Shown here: positions 29,481 through 38,376 of the stretch, piece after piece
Position numbering within the stretch: position 1 is the first letter of the stretch
Layout: each line of letters opens with the position of its first letter
Source: a virus
Taxonomy: Duplodnaviria > Caudoviricetes
Virus record (IMG/VR): IMGVR_UViG_3300017761_004576
Coordinates: 1 to 59,648 of that record
Direction: 5' to 3' (one strand)
Length of the DNA stretch: 59,648 nucleotides
Notes under the pieces: generated by a model
The model's input: the letters and a program-made list of their open reading frames with translations, nothing else
Told to the model about the DNA's origin: nothing
The model's database searches: none
Position numbers and translations under genes: made by a program

Positions 29481-29662
29481 GCATGACCAGGGAAATTGGG
29501 TGGCTTGATGGGCAGAGCAGGAAAAGATCTTTAACCGGTCCTGCTCGGCGCCGTGGCATTTGAAGCAGAAATCCCGTAGGATGAGACACTGGCTAGACCT
29601 GGCAACAGGTCAAAACACTGGCTGGTAACCAGTGGAGTATGCCTAGTAGATAAAAACAGTGT
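29481..29662 (+). ncRNA. Candidate structured RNA / long 5' leader
   Basis: Stems GAGCAGGA/TCCTGCTC, GACCTG-GCAA-CAGGTC, CACTGG/CCAGTG, ACACTG/CAGTGT. Confidence 0.55.
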
Positions 29663-29673
29663 AAAGGATAGTA

Positions 29674-29991
29674 ATGTCTGTTGAAATTGAAACCTCTGCG
29701 TTGAGTATGTTTGAATCCCTTGACTCTCTTAAATCAACGCCCTTGGTCATGCACCGTATTCAGATTGAGTTACGCACTGTCAAAGACTGGTATGCAGTGA
29801 TTCGCGAACTCAATCAAGTGGTTGGCGCCAACAACTGGAAGGGTCAAAATCATGTCAAACGCCGACTGGAAAATTTAATGTGGGACAATGACAAATCCAT
29901 ATGGGTTTGGTTTAACGTACCCGATCAGAAGATTGCCACATGGCTGGCTGTTAAACTAGCTGTGCAAGTTCGTATAAAACCCAATAAATAA
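29674..29991 (+). CDS. Hypothetical protein
   Basis: AAAGGA RBS; ends VWFNVPDQKIATWLAVK. Confidence 0.65.
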   Translation: MSVEIETSALSMFESLDSLKSTPLVMHRIQIELRTVKDWYAVIRELNQVVGANNWKGQNHVKRRLENLMWDNDKSIWVWFNVPDQKIATWLAVKLAVQVRIKPNK

Positions 29992-29995
29992 ACCT

Positions 29996-31546
29996 ATGTT
30001 CCTCAGTTATTTCACATTGTTAACCGCTCTTTCATTGAGCGTGGTTGCGGCCTGGTACAGTATACTGGGCCTTACTGCTATTTTTGCTTCGGCAGTCATA
30101 CCCATCATCATCATGGGATCCATTCTGGAAGTGGCCAAGGTCACTGTCACAGTATGGTTGCACGAATACTGGGACCGTTGCCGACTGCTGATGAAAATAT
30201 ATCTGGTACCAGCAGTGGGCATGCTCATGGTGATCACGTCAATGGGTATCTTTGGTTTCTTATCAAAGGCACACAGTGACCAAAACTTGATCAGCGGTGA
30301 CGCACAAAGCAAGATTGCAATATATGATGAAAAAATCAAAACCCAAAAGGAAAATATTGAAGCAAACCGTAAAGCACTTAAACAAATGGATGAGGGAGTG
30401 GACTCGGTATTGGGCCGCTCAGCAGATGAAAAAGGTGCCGACAAGGCTGTGGCTCTGCGAAGAGCCCAGCAGAAAGAGCGTGTTAGACTTCAAGCTGAAA
30501 TATTACAGTCGCAGAAGTCCATTGCAGAACTTAGTGATTCCCGTGCGCCTATTGCCGCCGAGGTACGCAAGATCGAAGCTGAGGTTGGGCCAATTAAGTA
30601 TATCGCGGCGTTCATCTACGGTGACAACCCAGATGCCAATCTATTAGAACGTGCTGTGCGTTGGGTTATAATCATATTGGTTGTGGTGTTTGATCCCCTA
30701 GCCATCATGATGGTGCTGGCCGCTACAGAAAGCATGAAGTGGCAGCGTGAGGCCAGAGCCGCTCGCCCTGCCTACGAGGCCGATGATGGCCCATTGACAC
30801 CAGAGCAAATTGACCAACTACGTGCGACAGCGCAGCCAGAATTGCCCACAGGTGAGATTGTCAAGACCAGTCAACTGTTCGACGATCCTGGTGAACATCC
30901 TGTCGACACGTTTGATCATGAAATTGAGGTGGAAGATCCAGCTGATCCACATCCGCCAGGTTGGATGTATGGTGACTTGGAAAGCAATCCGTTGACTGAA
31001 AAGGAAGTGGAACAGGTCATTGCTGAATTTGATCAGGCCCGTCACACCCGGCCTGTGGAATTCAATCAGGACTATCTAGATAAACTGGCACAAGATGTTG
31101 AGCATCAGGCACTTGACTCTATCAATGAAGATGACCCAATAAAAAAAGCCATAAAAGACTGGAAAGACGCCAATCCCGGTAGCACTCTCAAAGAACAACG
31201 TGCTAGATTTGCTGTGGGCAAAATTGCAGAATTGCCCTGGATGAGTCTGATGGCAGACAATGATCTCAACAGACAACCCTTGTCGGGGTTTGGCACTGTT
31301 TTTCCAGACAATGCCATAAAAGGCGACATATTCATGCGTGTGGATCGCATGCCCAATGTGCTGTACAAGTACAATGGACAAAATTGGATCATTGTGGACA
31401 AACATCTCACTGATAACTATACCTACGACAATGCATACATTGAGCATCTTATTGCACAATTGGAATCTGGCGAATACGACCCTGACATGTTGAGTGACGC
31501 AGAAGCTGATGCTATTGCTCGTCGTGTAAAATCTATTAAAATATGA
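29996..31546 (+). CDS. Multi-TM membrane protein with coiled coil and acidic C-domain
   Basis: 3 N-terminal TMs, coiled coil, TM with VFDPLA; coupled to clpX. Confidence 0.7.
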   Translation: MFLSYFTLLTALSLSVVAAWYSILGLTAIFASAVIPIIIMGSILEVAKVTVTVWLHEYWDRCRLLMKIYLVPAVGMLMVITSMGIFGFLSKAHSDQNLISGDAQSKIAIYDEKIKTQKENIEANRKALKQMDEGVDSVLGRSADEKGADKAVALRRAQQKERVRLQAEILQSQKSIAELSDSRAPIAAEVRKIEAEVGPIKYIAAFIYGDNPDANLLERAVRWVIIILVVVFDPLAIMMVLAATESMKWQREARAARPAYEADDGPLTPEQIDQLRATAQPELPTGEIVKTSQLFDDPGEHPVDTFDHEIEVEDPADPHPPGWMYGDLESNPLTEKEVEQVIAEFDQARHTRPVEFNQDYLDKLAQDVEHQALDSINEDDPIKKAIKDWKDANPGSTLKEQRARFAVGKIAELPWMSLMADNDLNRQPLSGFGTVFPDNAIKGDIFMRVDRMPNVLYKYNGQNWIIVDKHLTDNYTYDNAYIEHLIAQLESGEYDPDMLSDAEADAIARRVKSIKI

Positions 31547-32751
31547 AATCATCAGACACATTAGATACCTGTAGTTTTTGCGGCAAACACAAAGATTCAG
31601 TGGCCAAACTCATAGTAGGCAGCGAAGTCTCAATCTGCAACGAGTGTGTGGACTTGTGCCAAACATTACTCAAAGAAGAGTTGCCCAACAAGAATAAAGA
31701 AATCATTGATGACACCTTGGATCCCAAGACCATCAAAGAACATCTTGATCAGTATGTGATAGGGCAGGACCATGCCAAGATAGTGCTGAGTGTGGCCATT
31801 GCCAATCATTACAAACGCATAGCCAATGCAGATGCTGACGTGGAGATTGAAAAGGCCAACATACTCATGCTTGGCCCAACAGGGTCAGGTAAAACGCTGT
31901 TGGCACGTACTGTGGCACGTTATTTGGATGTGCCGTTTGTGATTGCTGACGCCACCAGTTTGACCGAAGCAGGATATGTGGGCGATGATGTGGAAAGCCT
32001 GATCACCAGATTATACACAGCCTCAGGCAGTGATGTGGCCAAGACACAGCGTGGCATTGTGTTTATTGACGAGATTGACAAAATTTCACGCCGCAGCGAG
32101 AGTGCCAGTATCACTCGAGATGTGTCAGGAGAGGGTGTGCAACAGGCCTTGCTCAAACTGGTAGAGGGTACCCGATGCAGAATCACTCCTCAAGGAGGTC
32201 GCAAACATCCTGCAGGCGAAACTGTGGAAATTGACACAGCCAACATCTTGTTCATTGCCGGCGGTGCATTTGTTGGACTAGATAATATTGTAAAAGGCCG
32301 AATAAAAGGTACTTCTATTGGGTTCAATGCCAACGTCAACAATGACAAGAACGCACACTTGGATCAAACCACACCTGAAGACCTAATCAAGTTTGGCATG
32401 ATTCCAGAATTTGTGGGACGTTTCCCCAGTTGGGTTGCGTTGGAAGAGCTCACTAAAGAATCCTTGATACGCATCTTGCAAGAAGTCAAACACAGTTATG
32501 TCAGCCAGTATCAATGGTTGTTTCAGCGAGATCAAGTGGAATTGCAATTTAGCTCGGACAGTTTGGAATTGATTGCTGAACGCACCATTGCCAACAAAAC
32601 TGGTGCTCGTGGCCTGCACTCAGAATTAGAACGTGTGTTGTTGCCACACATGTACAACTTGGCTCGATATCGCAAACACGGAATCCGCACAGTGTCTATT
32701 GATACCCAGCAGGTAAATATTCCCAAGGAGCTCAAAGAGATAAATGAATAA
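31543..32751 (+). CDS. clpX: ATP-dependent Clp protease ATPase ClpX
   Basis: C4 Zn finger, [26 protein letters not shown] loop, TGARGL. Confidence 0.97.
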   Translation: MKSSDTLDTCSFCGKHKDSVAKLIVGSEVSICNECVDLCQTLLKEELPNKNKEIIDDTLDPKTIKEHLDQYVIGQDHAKIVLSVAIANHYKRIANADADVEIEKANILMLGPTGSGKTLLARTVARYLDVPFVIADATSLTEAGYVGDDVESLITRLYTASGSDVAKTQRGIVFIDEIDKISRRSESASITRDVSGEGVQQALLKLVEGTRCRITPQGGRKHPAGETVEIDTANILFIAGGAFVGLDNIVKGRIKGTSIGFNANVNNDKNAHLDQTTPEDLIKFGMIPEFVGRFPSWVALEELTKESLIRILQEVKHSYVSQYQWLFQRDQVELQFSSDSLELIAERTIANKTGARGLHSELERVLLPHMYNLARYRKHGIRTVSIDTQQVNIPKELKEINE

Positions 32752-32968
32752 GAAGCATGCTAGATCAGTGTTGGTACAAGACAACAACATAGAAAAAGCT
32801 CTTCGCAAATTCAAGAAAAAAGTTCAAGATAGTGGTGTGCTGAATGATCTCCGTGAACGTGAATTTTACATCAAGCCCACCACAGCTCGTAAACTCAAAC
32901 GCAGTGCTGCCAAGAATCGCTGGCGCAAACAGCTTGAGAGTCAACAACTACCTCCACGCACACACTAA
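32744..32968 (+). CDS. rpsU: Ribosomal protein bS21
   Basis: NIEKALRKFKKKV..LREREFYIKPT. Confidence 0.92.
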   Translation: MNKKHARSVLVQDNNIEKALRKFKKKVQDSGVLNDLREREFYIKPTTARKLKRSAAKNRWRKQLESQQLPPRTH

Positions 32969-33636
32969 TGGATTATTTGGTTAATTTTGGCGACAGTTGG
33001 GCAGCCGGAAATAATTTAGAAAACCCAATACAACAGGCATATAGCAATCTACTGTCACAACAATTAGGCATCTATTGTTTGGATTTTGCAGTAGGCGCCA
33101 CTAGTTTACCGCACTTGATTTTGCAGTTTCAAAATTTTATAGATACAAGATATCATCCTAAGCATAGATACCATGCTTTGTTTTTTTTAACTGCCCGAGC
33201 CAGGACTTTTTTGTATAATAACAGCACAGATGAAATCATACACTGTTCACCACAAACAGCAATAACTGGTGGTCCACAAGAAAATGCCTATTACAGATGC
33301 TACACCGACTCTCTAGGAGACTTCAATCTTAATGTCACGGTGTTGGCATTGCAGAGATTGTGCAGTTTGTACAACATCAATGACTATTACATGTTTGGAT
33401 GGGAAACTGTACCATTATGGAAAAGTGTGGATGCCAATAAATTTTATAACAATGGCGAATTTGCAATCACTAGAGAATTTTATCCAGAACATGAACACCG
33501 AAGTCTTCAAGAATTAATAAATGATAAAAATCCCTGTGTATGGACCCTTGCTCAGAGCGGTCACCCAACTAAATCAGGGCATGAAAAAATTGCCAAAGCA
33601 CTACGAAAAATGATCAAAATAATTGACACCAAGTAA
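32968..33636 (+). CDS. SGNH/GDSL hydrolase-like protein
   Basis: FGDSW block I and GHPTKSGH block V. Confidence 0.75.
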   Translation: MDYLVNFGDSWAAGNNLENPIQQAYSNLLSQQLGIYCLDFAVGATSLPHLILQFQNFIDTRYHPKHRYHALFFLTARARTFLYNNSTDEIIHCSPQTAITGGPQENAYYRCYTDSLGDFNLNVTVLALQRLCSLYNINDYYMFGWETVPLWKSVDANKFYNNGEFAITREFYPEHEHRSLQELINDKNPCVWTLAQSGHPTKSGHEKIAKALRKMIKIIDTK

Positions 33637-33718
33637 AATTTCTGTTATAAATATACATGTAGTGCCCATGGTGGGGCTACATTTCAAAAGTCATCTTGCT
33701 TAATAAAGGAGAAAACAA
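33623..33718 (+). promoter_or_regulatory. hsp20 promoter (TTGACA + TATAAATA) and 5'UTR with ROSE-like thermometer
   Basis: Hairpin ATGTAG..CTACAT then TCTTGCT-TAATAA-AGGAGA pairing over the SD. Confidence 0.65.
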
Positions 33719-34180
33719 ATGACAAAAACTCTAACCCTTCGCACATTCGATCTTCCTGCAATTCACAAATTTGGTATCGGTTTTGATAACATGTTTGATG
33801 AATTCATGCGTGTGAGTGCTCAACAAGGCAACAACAACTATCCACCTTACAACATTGTGCAAATCAATGATGATGAGTACATGATCAGTTTGGCTGTGGC
33901 CGGTTTTGGACATGACAACCTTTCAGTTACCAAGGACAAAAAATTCTTGATTATTGAAGGCACACACAGTGTAACAAAGCTGGCAGATCAAGATGATGCC
34001 AACTACACATATCTACACAAAGGCATCAGCGAAAGAAGTTTCCGCAGAGAATTTCAATTGGCTGACCATGTGGAAATCAGCAATGCACATCTTGAACTGG
34101 GTATCCTTAGCATTCACTTGAAACGTGAAGTGCCCGAAGATGCCAAACCAAAGACCATTGCGATCTCGTACAAAGAGTGA
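33719..34180 (+). CDS. ibpA: Small heat-shock protein Hsp20 (IbpA-like)
   Basis: NYPPYNI, LAVAGF, YLHKGISERSFRREFQLA. Confidence 0.95.
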   Translation: MTKTLTLRTFDLPAIHKFGIGFDNMFDEFMRVSAQQGNNNYPPYNIVQINDDEYMISLAVAGFGHDNLSVTKDKKFLIIEGTHSVTKLADQDDANYTYLHKGISERSFRREFQLADHVEISNAHLELGILSIHLKREVPEDAKPKTIAISYKE

Positions 34181-34193
34181 TATAATGTAAATA

Positions 34194-34219
34194 CAGTGAC
34201 AGCAATCCTGCTGTCACTG
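34194..34219 (+). other. Perfect 11-bp hairpin between hsp20 and clpS
   Basis: CAGTGACAGCA-ATCC-TGCTGTCACTG directly after TAAATA. Confidence 0.7.
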
Positions 34220-34245
34220 ATTGAGTAAAAGCGCAAGGAATAGAA

Positions 34246-34557
34246 ATGGCACAGAGCGACACACGCACCAGAATCAAACCATCAGAGGCCGTCAAAGAGC
34301 CGCCTATGTTCAAAGTTATCTATCTAAACGATAATCAAACCACAATGGAATTTGTGGTAGAGAGTTTGATTGAGTATTTTGATTACACCGCAGCCACAGC
34401 TGAACAGATCACTGTGGACATTCACGAAGCAGGGCAGGCCACTGTGGCAGTGTTACCTTATGAAATTGCCGAACAAAAAGGCATTGAAGTTACACTCAGC
34501 GCACGATCACAGAGCTATCCACTGCAAATCAAGCTGGAACCCGAAACTGTAAATTAA
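34246..34557 (+). CDS. clpS: N-degron adaptor ClpS
   Basis: PPMFKVIYLNDNQTTMEFVV, IHEAG, EIAEQK, YPLQ. Confidence 0.93.
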   Translation: MAQSDTRTRIKPSEAVKEPPMFKVIYLNDNQTTMEFVVESLIEYFDYTAATAEQITVDIHEAGQATVAVLPYEIAEQKGIEVTLSARSQSYPLQIKLEPETVN

Positions 34558-35342
34558 ACATCTATCACAATTCGTAACGGATGATATACATATTTCCGCC
34601 ATTTGGTATCTCCACGTCCTCGACAGTTGTTGACAAAACGCACATTGTGTCGAATCTGATCTGCTGATCCATGGTAATGACCAAAACACCAGGTGTGAAT
34701 TTTGTGTTCTGTGTCTGCACTCAGTACCTTGGTCATGAATCTGTTGCCCATGGTATTGAATCGTATGCTGCCATCAAGATCCATGTCGTGTGCAATTAAC
34801 TGTGCATCGGGCACTGTGTGAGTCACACATATAATTTTTTTAACATCATTGTGAGTTTGCAAACTTTTAACACTGTTGATCATGTATGTGGCATCATTGG
34901 TGGCCAAACGTCCCACAGTTTTGGCCACTTGGCCACTAACTTGACATTGTTCTTGAAACCACAGTGATGTTTGTTCAGCATCTATGCCCTGGTCAAAATC
35001 ATAAGTCCACCAACCATTTGTGCCCAGTATGGCCACACCATCTACCACTGCAACATTGTTTTGCAAAAATACAAGATTGGGTATTTTTTTTATTGTCTGA
35101 ACTAGATCAGCATAACTGCTGTTTAGATCATCATAAAAATACCGATGTTCGTCATTGCCGTCGATATAAAAAACAGCCTGATAGCATTGCGCAAGATGTA
35201 TCAAAGTTTCTAACAACACAGTTCGATCACGTGCAACATCTCCGGCCACTATGGCATAAGGACTGGTAGCCTGTCCTGACCAGTCAAAGTTTGGCCAGGT
35301 CTCAACGTGTAAATCAGAAATTAAATCAAATGCAATACTCAT
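34554..35342 (-). CDS. Calcineurin-like metallophosphoesterase
   Basis: SDLH, AGD, GNDEH, THTVP, FGHYH. Confidence 0.85.
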   Translation of the reverse strand: MSIAFDLISDLHVETWPNFDWSGQATSPYAIVAGDVARDRTVLLETLIHLAQCYQAVFYIDGNDEHRYFYDDLNSSYADLVQTIKKIPNLVFLQNNVAVVDGVAILGTNGWWTYDFDQGIDAEQTSLWFQEQCQVSGQVAKTVGRLATNDATYMINSVKSLQTHNDVKKIICVTHTVPDAQLIAHDMDLDGSIRFNTMGNRFMTKVLSADTEHKIHTWCFGHYHGSADQIRHNVRFVNNCRGRGDTKWRKYVYHPLRIVIDV

Positions 35343-35366
35343 GATACATATTTAAAAGGAATTACC

Positions 35367-35723
35367 ATGAAGATTATTTTTAATCAAGACATCAACGAAT
35401 TCGCTGACAGATTTATTCTGTTAGAATTAGACTCATTCATTGACCAAGAAAAAAATCAACTTGCGCCGGCCTACTGTTTGATTGAACAAATTCCCATGGA
35501 TGAATATGCCACCCTGGAGGCCTACAAAGAAACACATCATAATTTGTTGTGTTATTATCGACAAAGACACTGGACCTACTGTGAACACGCAATAGAAAAG
35601 CTCATGGGAAAATGGAATGGTGAATTAGACAGTTTTTATAGCAATTTACTAGAACGTATACAACAGCACCAGGCCAGTCCACCGGATGATCAATGGACTG
35701 GTTACATTGAGAAAACTTTTTAA
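35367..35723 (+). CDS. Stand-alone TPR-like domain resembling adenylate-cyclase C-terminus
   Basis: YRQRHW..Y..LLERI..PPDDQWTG. Confidence 0.5.
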   Translation: MKIIFNQDINEFADRFILLELDSFIDQEKNQLAPAYCLIEQIPMDEYATLEAYKETHHNLLCYYRQRHWTYCEHAIEKLMGKWNGELDSFYSNLLERIQQHQASPPDDQWTGYIEKTF

Positions 35724-36016
35724 ATTTTAGGTTTGCTGTCTGTCCGGTTCTCACCAGCACCCAGTACACATGCTATTTTAGCGCCATATTCTATCATGGT
35801 CCAGGAACCAGTTGCTGAATTTATCAACAATGTTATATGGGTGTCGTGTACTGATTTGCCAACCCAAACTGGTATTTCTTTGTGTATGTCTACAAAATAG
35901 TTCATGACTACTTGTGCATCTGAACACTTCAAGGGCTTTTGTAAATCTATAATTTCCTGGGCGTGGGCTATAGAGCTGATTAGGCAGAATAACAACGCCA
36001 TTGCTTTATTATGCAT
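35720..36016 (-). CDS. Small secreted protein with Cys pair
   Basis: Signal peptide AHA-Q, PLKC...ACVLGAG; CAGGAG RBS. Confidence 0.65.
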   Translation of the reverse strand: MHNKAMALLFCLISSIAHAQEIIDLQKPLKCSDAQVVMNYFVDIHKEIPVWVGKSVHDTHITLLINSATGSWTMIEYGAKIACVLGAGENRTDSKPKI

Positions 36017-36038
36017 AATGGCTTCTCCTGTTGCATAT

Positions 36039-37040
36039 TTATGACACAACAGGTACCAGATTGTCTCTAAAAATTTCCCAGGCTCGATCCCATGACCAAC
36101 GAGCACTACCGTTCCAGACCAGTTTACGATCCAGCATGAGAGCATCGTTGACTGCTTGTTTTAGATCGTCATTCAAACATCCAGTCACACCCTCGTCAAC
36201 CACATCCAATGGGCCTTGCACAGGAAAAGCAGCAACCGGCGTTCCACATGCCATGGCTTCGATCATCACAATACCAAATGTTTCCCACTCACTAGGAAAC
36301 ACAAACACTTCTGCATTGGCATAGTAGCAGGCCAGATCCTGGCCTGTTTTGAACCCTGTGAAATGCACATCAGGGTATTGTTTCTTGTAGGTCTCTAACA
36401 TGGGACCATCGCCTACCATGACTTTAAGATACCCAGGATAATCCAGCTCAAAGAATGCTTCGAGATTCTTTTCTTTGCTCACACGGCTCACACACAGCAG
36501 GTATCTGCTGGTGGTTTTTGCTCGGTGTGCAGGATGAAACACATCACGGTCCACACCCCGGGTCCAGGGAATCACTTCGCCATCAAACCCATGTGCTTGT
36601 AATTCTGTTACCATGCTGTCCGTTGTGGTCAAAACCTTGCCACTATGCTTGTGAAACCAGCGAACAAATCGCCAAGTGACACACTCAGGTATGCCAAAAA
36701 GTTTCTTAAGTCCTTCTGGAAACTTAGTATGATAAGCGGTATTGTGGCAAATACCAGCCAGTGAAAGATATGCTCGAGCCCACAGACCCAAAGGACCCTC
36801 TGTGGCGACATGGATATAATCCGGAGATATCTCCTCAATCTTCTGGCCGAGGTTCCGGGGATAGGCAATCTTGACTTCGTTGTAGCCAGGGCAATCAATG
36901 TAGCGGAACCGCCTGGGATCCAGCACCACAAAGTTATAACCGTCACGAACAGCACACGCCTCAATATTTTTGTAAGTGGTAACCACGCCATTGATTTGAT
37001 CCGGTAAGTTGTCAGTTATGATCAATATCGTCTTTGACAT
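36039..37040 (-). CDS. agt: GT4 glycosyltransferase, Agt-like (glycosyl-diacylglycerol synthase)
   Basis: ILIITD..QINGVVTT, HVATEGPLG, YHTKFPE, ETFGIVMIEAMACGTPVAAFP; overlaps plcP-like gene. Confidence 0.8.
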   Translation of the reverse strand: MSKTILIITDNLPDQINGVVTTYKNIEACAVRDGYNFVVLDPRRFRYIDCPGYNEVKIAYPRNLGQKIEEISPDYIHVATEGPLGLWARAYLSLAGICHNTAYHTKFPEGLKKLFGIPECVTWRFVRWFHKHSGKVLTTTDSMVTELQAHGFDGEVIPWTRGVDRDVFHPAHRAKTTSRYLLCVSRVSKEKNLEAFFELDYPGYLKVMVGDGPMLETYKKQYPDVHFTGFKTGQDLACYYANAEVFVFPSEWETFGIVMIEAMACGTPVAAFPVQGPLDVVDEGVTGCLNDDLKQAVNDALMLDRKLVWNGSARWSWDRAWEIFRDNLVPVVS

Positions 37041-37791
37041 TGTCGTGCTCCTGTGTCCAAGTTATGATTTCCCACTTGCCATTGTGGTGCTCTACCAAGG
37101 CTGTGCATGACTCTACCCAGTCGCCATCGTTCATGTATGTGACACCATCTATTTGTTTTATTTCGGCATGATGTATGTGTCCACATATCACACCATCAAA
37201 GCCACGTTTTTTGCAGTAGCCAGCAAGATTGTGTTCAAAGTGAAATATAAAGTCTACTGCTTTTTTGACCCGGTGTTTAAGGAACAGGCTAAGGCTAAAG
37301 TAACCAAAACCCATACGATGACGAATCCAATTGATCCGAGTATTGAGCCCAAGGATGAAGTCATATGCTTTGTCTCCCAATATTGCCAACCACGGCGCCA
37401 ATCTAGTGATGCCGTCAAACAAATCTCCGTGTACCACAAGATAGTGCCTGCCGTCAGCACCTATGTGTTCAGTTTGATTTACCAATTCAATTATACCAAA
37501 CCCAATGCCATACTGCATGAAGGGTCTAAGAAACTCGTCGTGATTACCAGCCACATATACAACCCTAGTACCGCGCTTGCTATGACCCAGCACACGGCGA
37601 ATAACATTGGTGTGACTCTGTTTCCAGCGCCACTTGTTTTGTTTGATTTTCCAAGCATCAATGATATCTCCCACTAGATATAGCGTTTCGCAGGTGTTGT
37701 TTTTGAGAAAGTTATTGAGTCGTGCAGCCTGGCAGTCTCTTGTGCCGAGGTGGCAATCGCTGATGAAAATTGAGCGATAGGTTTTTTGCAT
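37012..37791 (-). CDS. plcP: PlcP-like Mn-dependent phospholipase C (LpxH-like metallophosphoesterase family)
   Basis: SDCHLG, VGDIID, GNHDEFLR, HGDLFD, CGHIH, NDGDWVESCTALVE. Confidence 0.8.
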   Translation of the reverse strand: MQKTYRSIFISDCHLGTRDCQAARLNNFLKNNTCETLYLVGDIIDAWKIKQNKWRWKQSHTNVIRRVLGHSKRGTRVVYVAGNHDEFLRPFMQYGIGFGIIELVNQTEHIGADGRHYLVVHGDLFDGITRLAPWLAILGDKAYDFILGLNTRINWIRHRMGFGYFSLSLFLKHRVKKAVDFIFHFEHNLAGYCKKRGFDGVICGHIHHAEIKQIDGVTYMNDGDWVESCTALVEHHNGKWEIITWTQEHDNVKDDIDHN

Positions 37792-37809
37792 CCAGTATTT
37801 AAAGCTAGA

Positions 37810-37840
37810 TGTGTTACAGTTGTGTTACAAATTTATGTAA
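37810..37840 (-). promoter_or_regulatory. Pho-box-like 11-bp direct repeats upstream of plcP-agt
   Basis: Minus strand TTACAT-AAAT-TTGTAAC-ACAA-CTGTAAC. Confidence 0.65.
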
Positions 37841-37842
37841 GT

Positions 37843-38001
37843 CTAAATTCTAACCAGGGTCCATTTTGTATCAAATGACTTGCCCTCAGCTCGGCGTTTA
37901 GCAATCTTCCGGAACTCCTTCATGCGCAGGTCCTGAATAGTTTTCTCGTCGTGGTCAATGCAAGCACGATACAATTTGGAAATCAATTTCCGTTGTTTCA
38001 T
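37843..38001 (-). CDS. Small basic hypothetical protein
   Basis: GGAGG RBS, TAAGTA upstream. Confidence 0.6.
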   Translation of the reverse strand: MKQRKLISKLYRACIDHDEKTIQDLRMKEFRKIAKRRAEGKSFDTKWTLVRI

Positions 38002-38055
38002 AGCCCACCCTCCATTAGTGTACATATACTTATACTAGATCACACAAATTGTGAT

Positions 38056-38376
38056 CTAATTTTGCAATGTGTCTTGCCTAGAAGCCTGCAGTTCTCGACG
38101 CAAGGTGTTGTAATCTTCCAGCGTGGCAATGGAAGGCACAGTGGATTTCATGTAGGCCGGCGGTGTAGCCTGCCATTCAGATTCACTCACACCAGCCACA
38201 ATCATGGCATGGTATTCGTGTCCGTCACTGGTGTGCAGTTGCACTCGTTCAAACCCTTGTGGAGTTTTGGCCGCGTTCATACATGCCTGTGCCAGTGCTC
38301 TAAGAGCCGCTGGGTCTGCTATGATATGTAAATCTTGTCGGGGTTCGCTGTGAGGGTATATGTGTAGTCTAGCCAT
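38056..38376 (-). CDS. Hypothetical protein coupled to dnaE-like gene
   Basis: TAATG overlap with polymerase stop. Confidence 0.65.
   Translation of the reverse strand: MARLHIYPHSEPRQDLHIIADPAALRALAQACMNAAKTPQGFERVQLHTSDGHEYHAMIVAGVSESEWQATPPAYMKSTVPSIATLEDYNTLRRELQASRQDTLQN

Noticed and set aside
37012-37791. LpxH lipid A biosynthesis enzyme
   Set aside because: GNHD motif, GT4 partner and Pho-box-like site fit PlcP better; no other lpx genes
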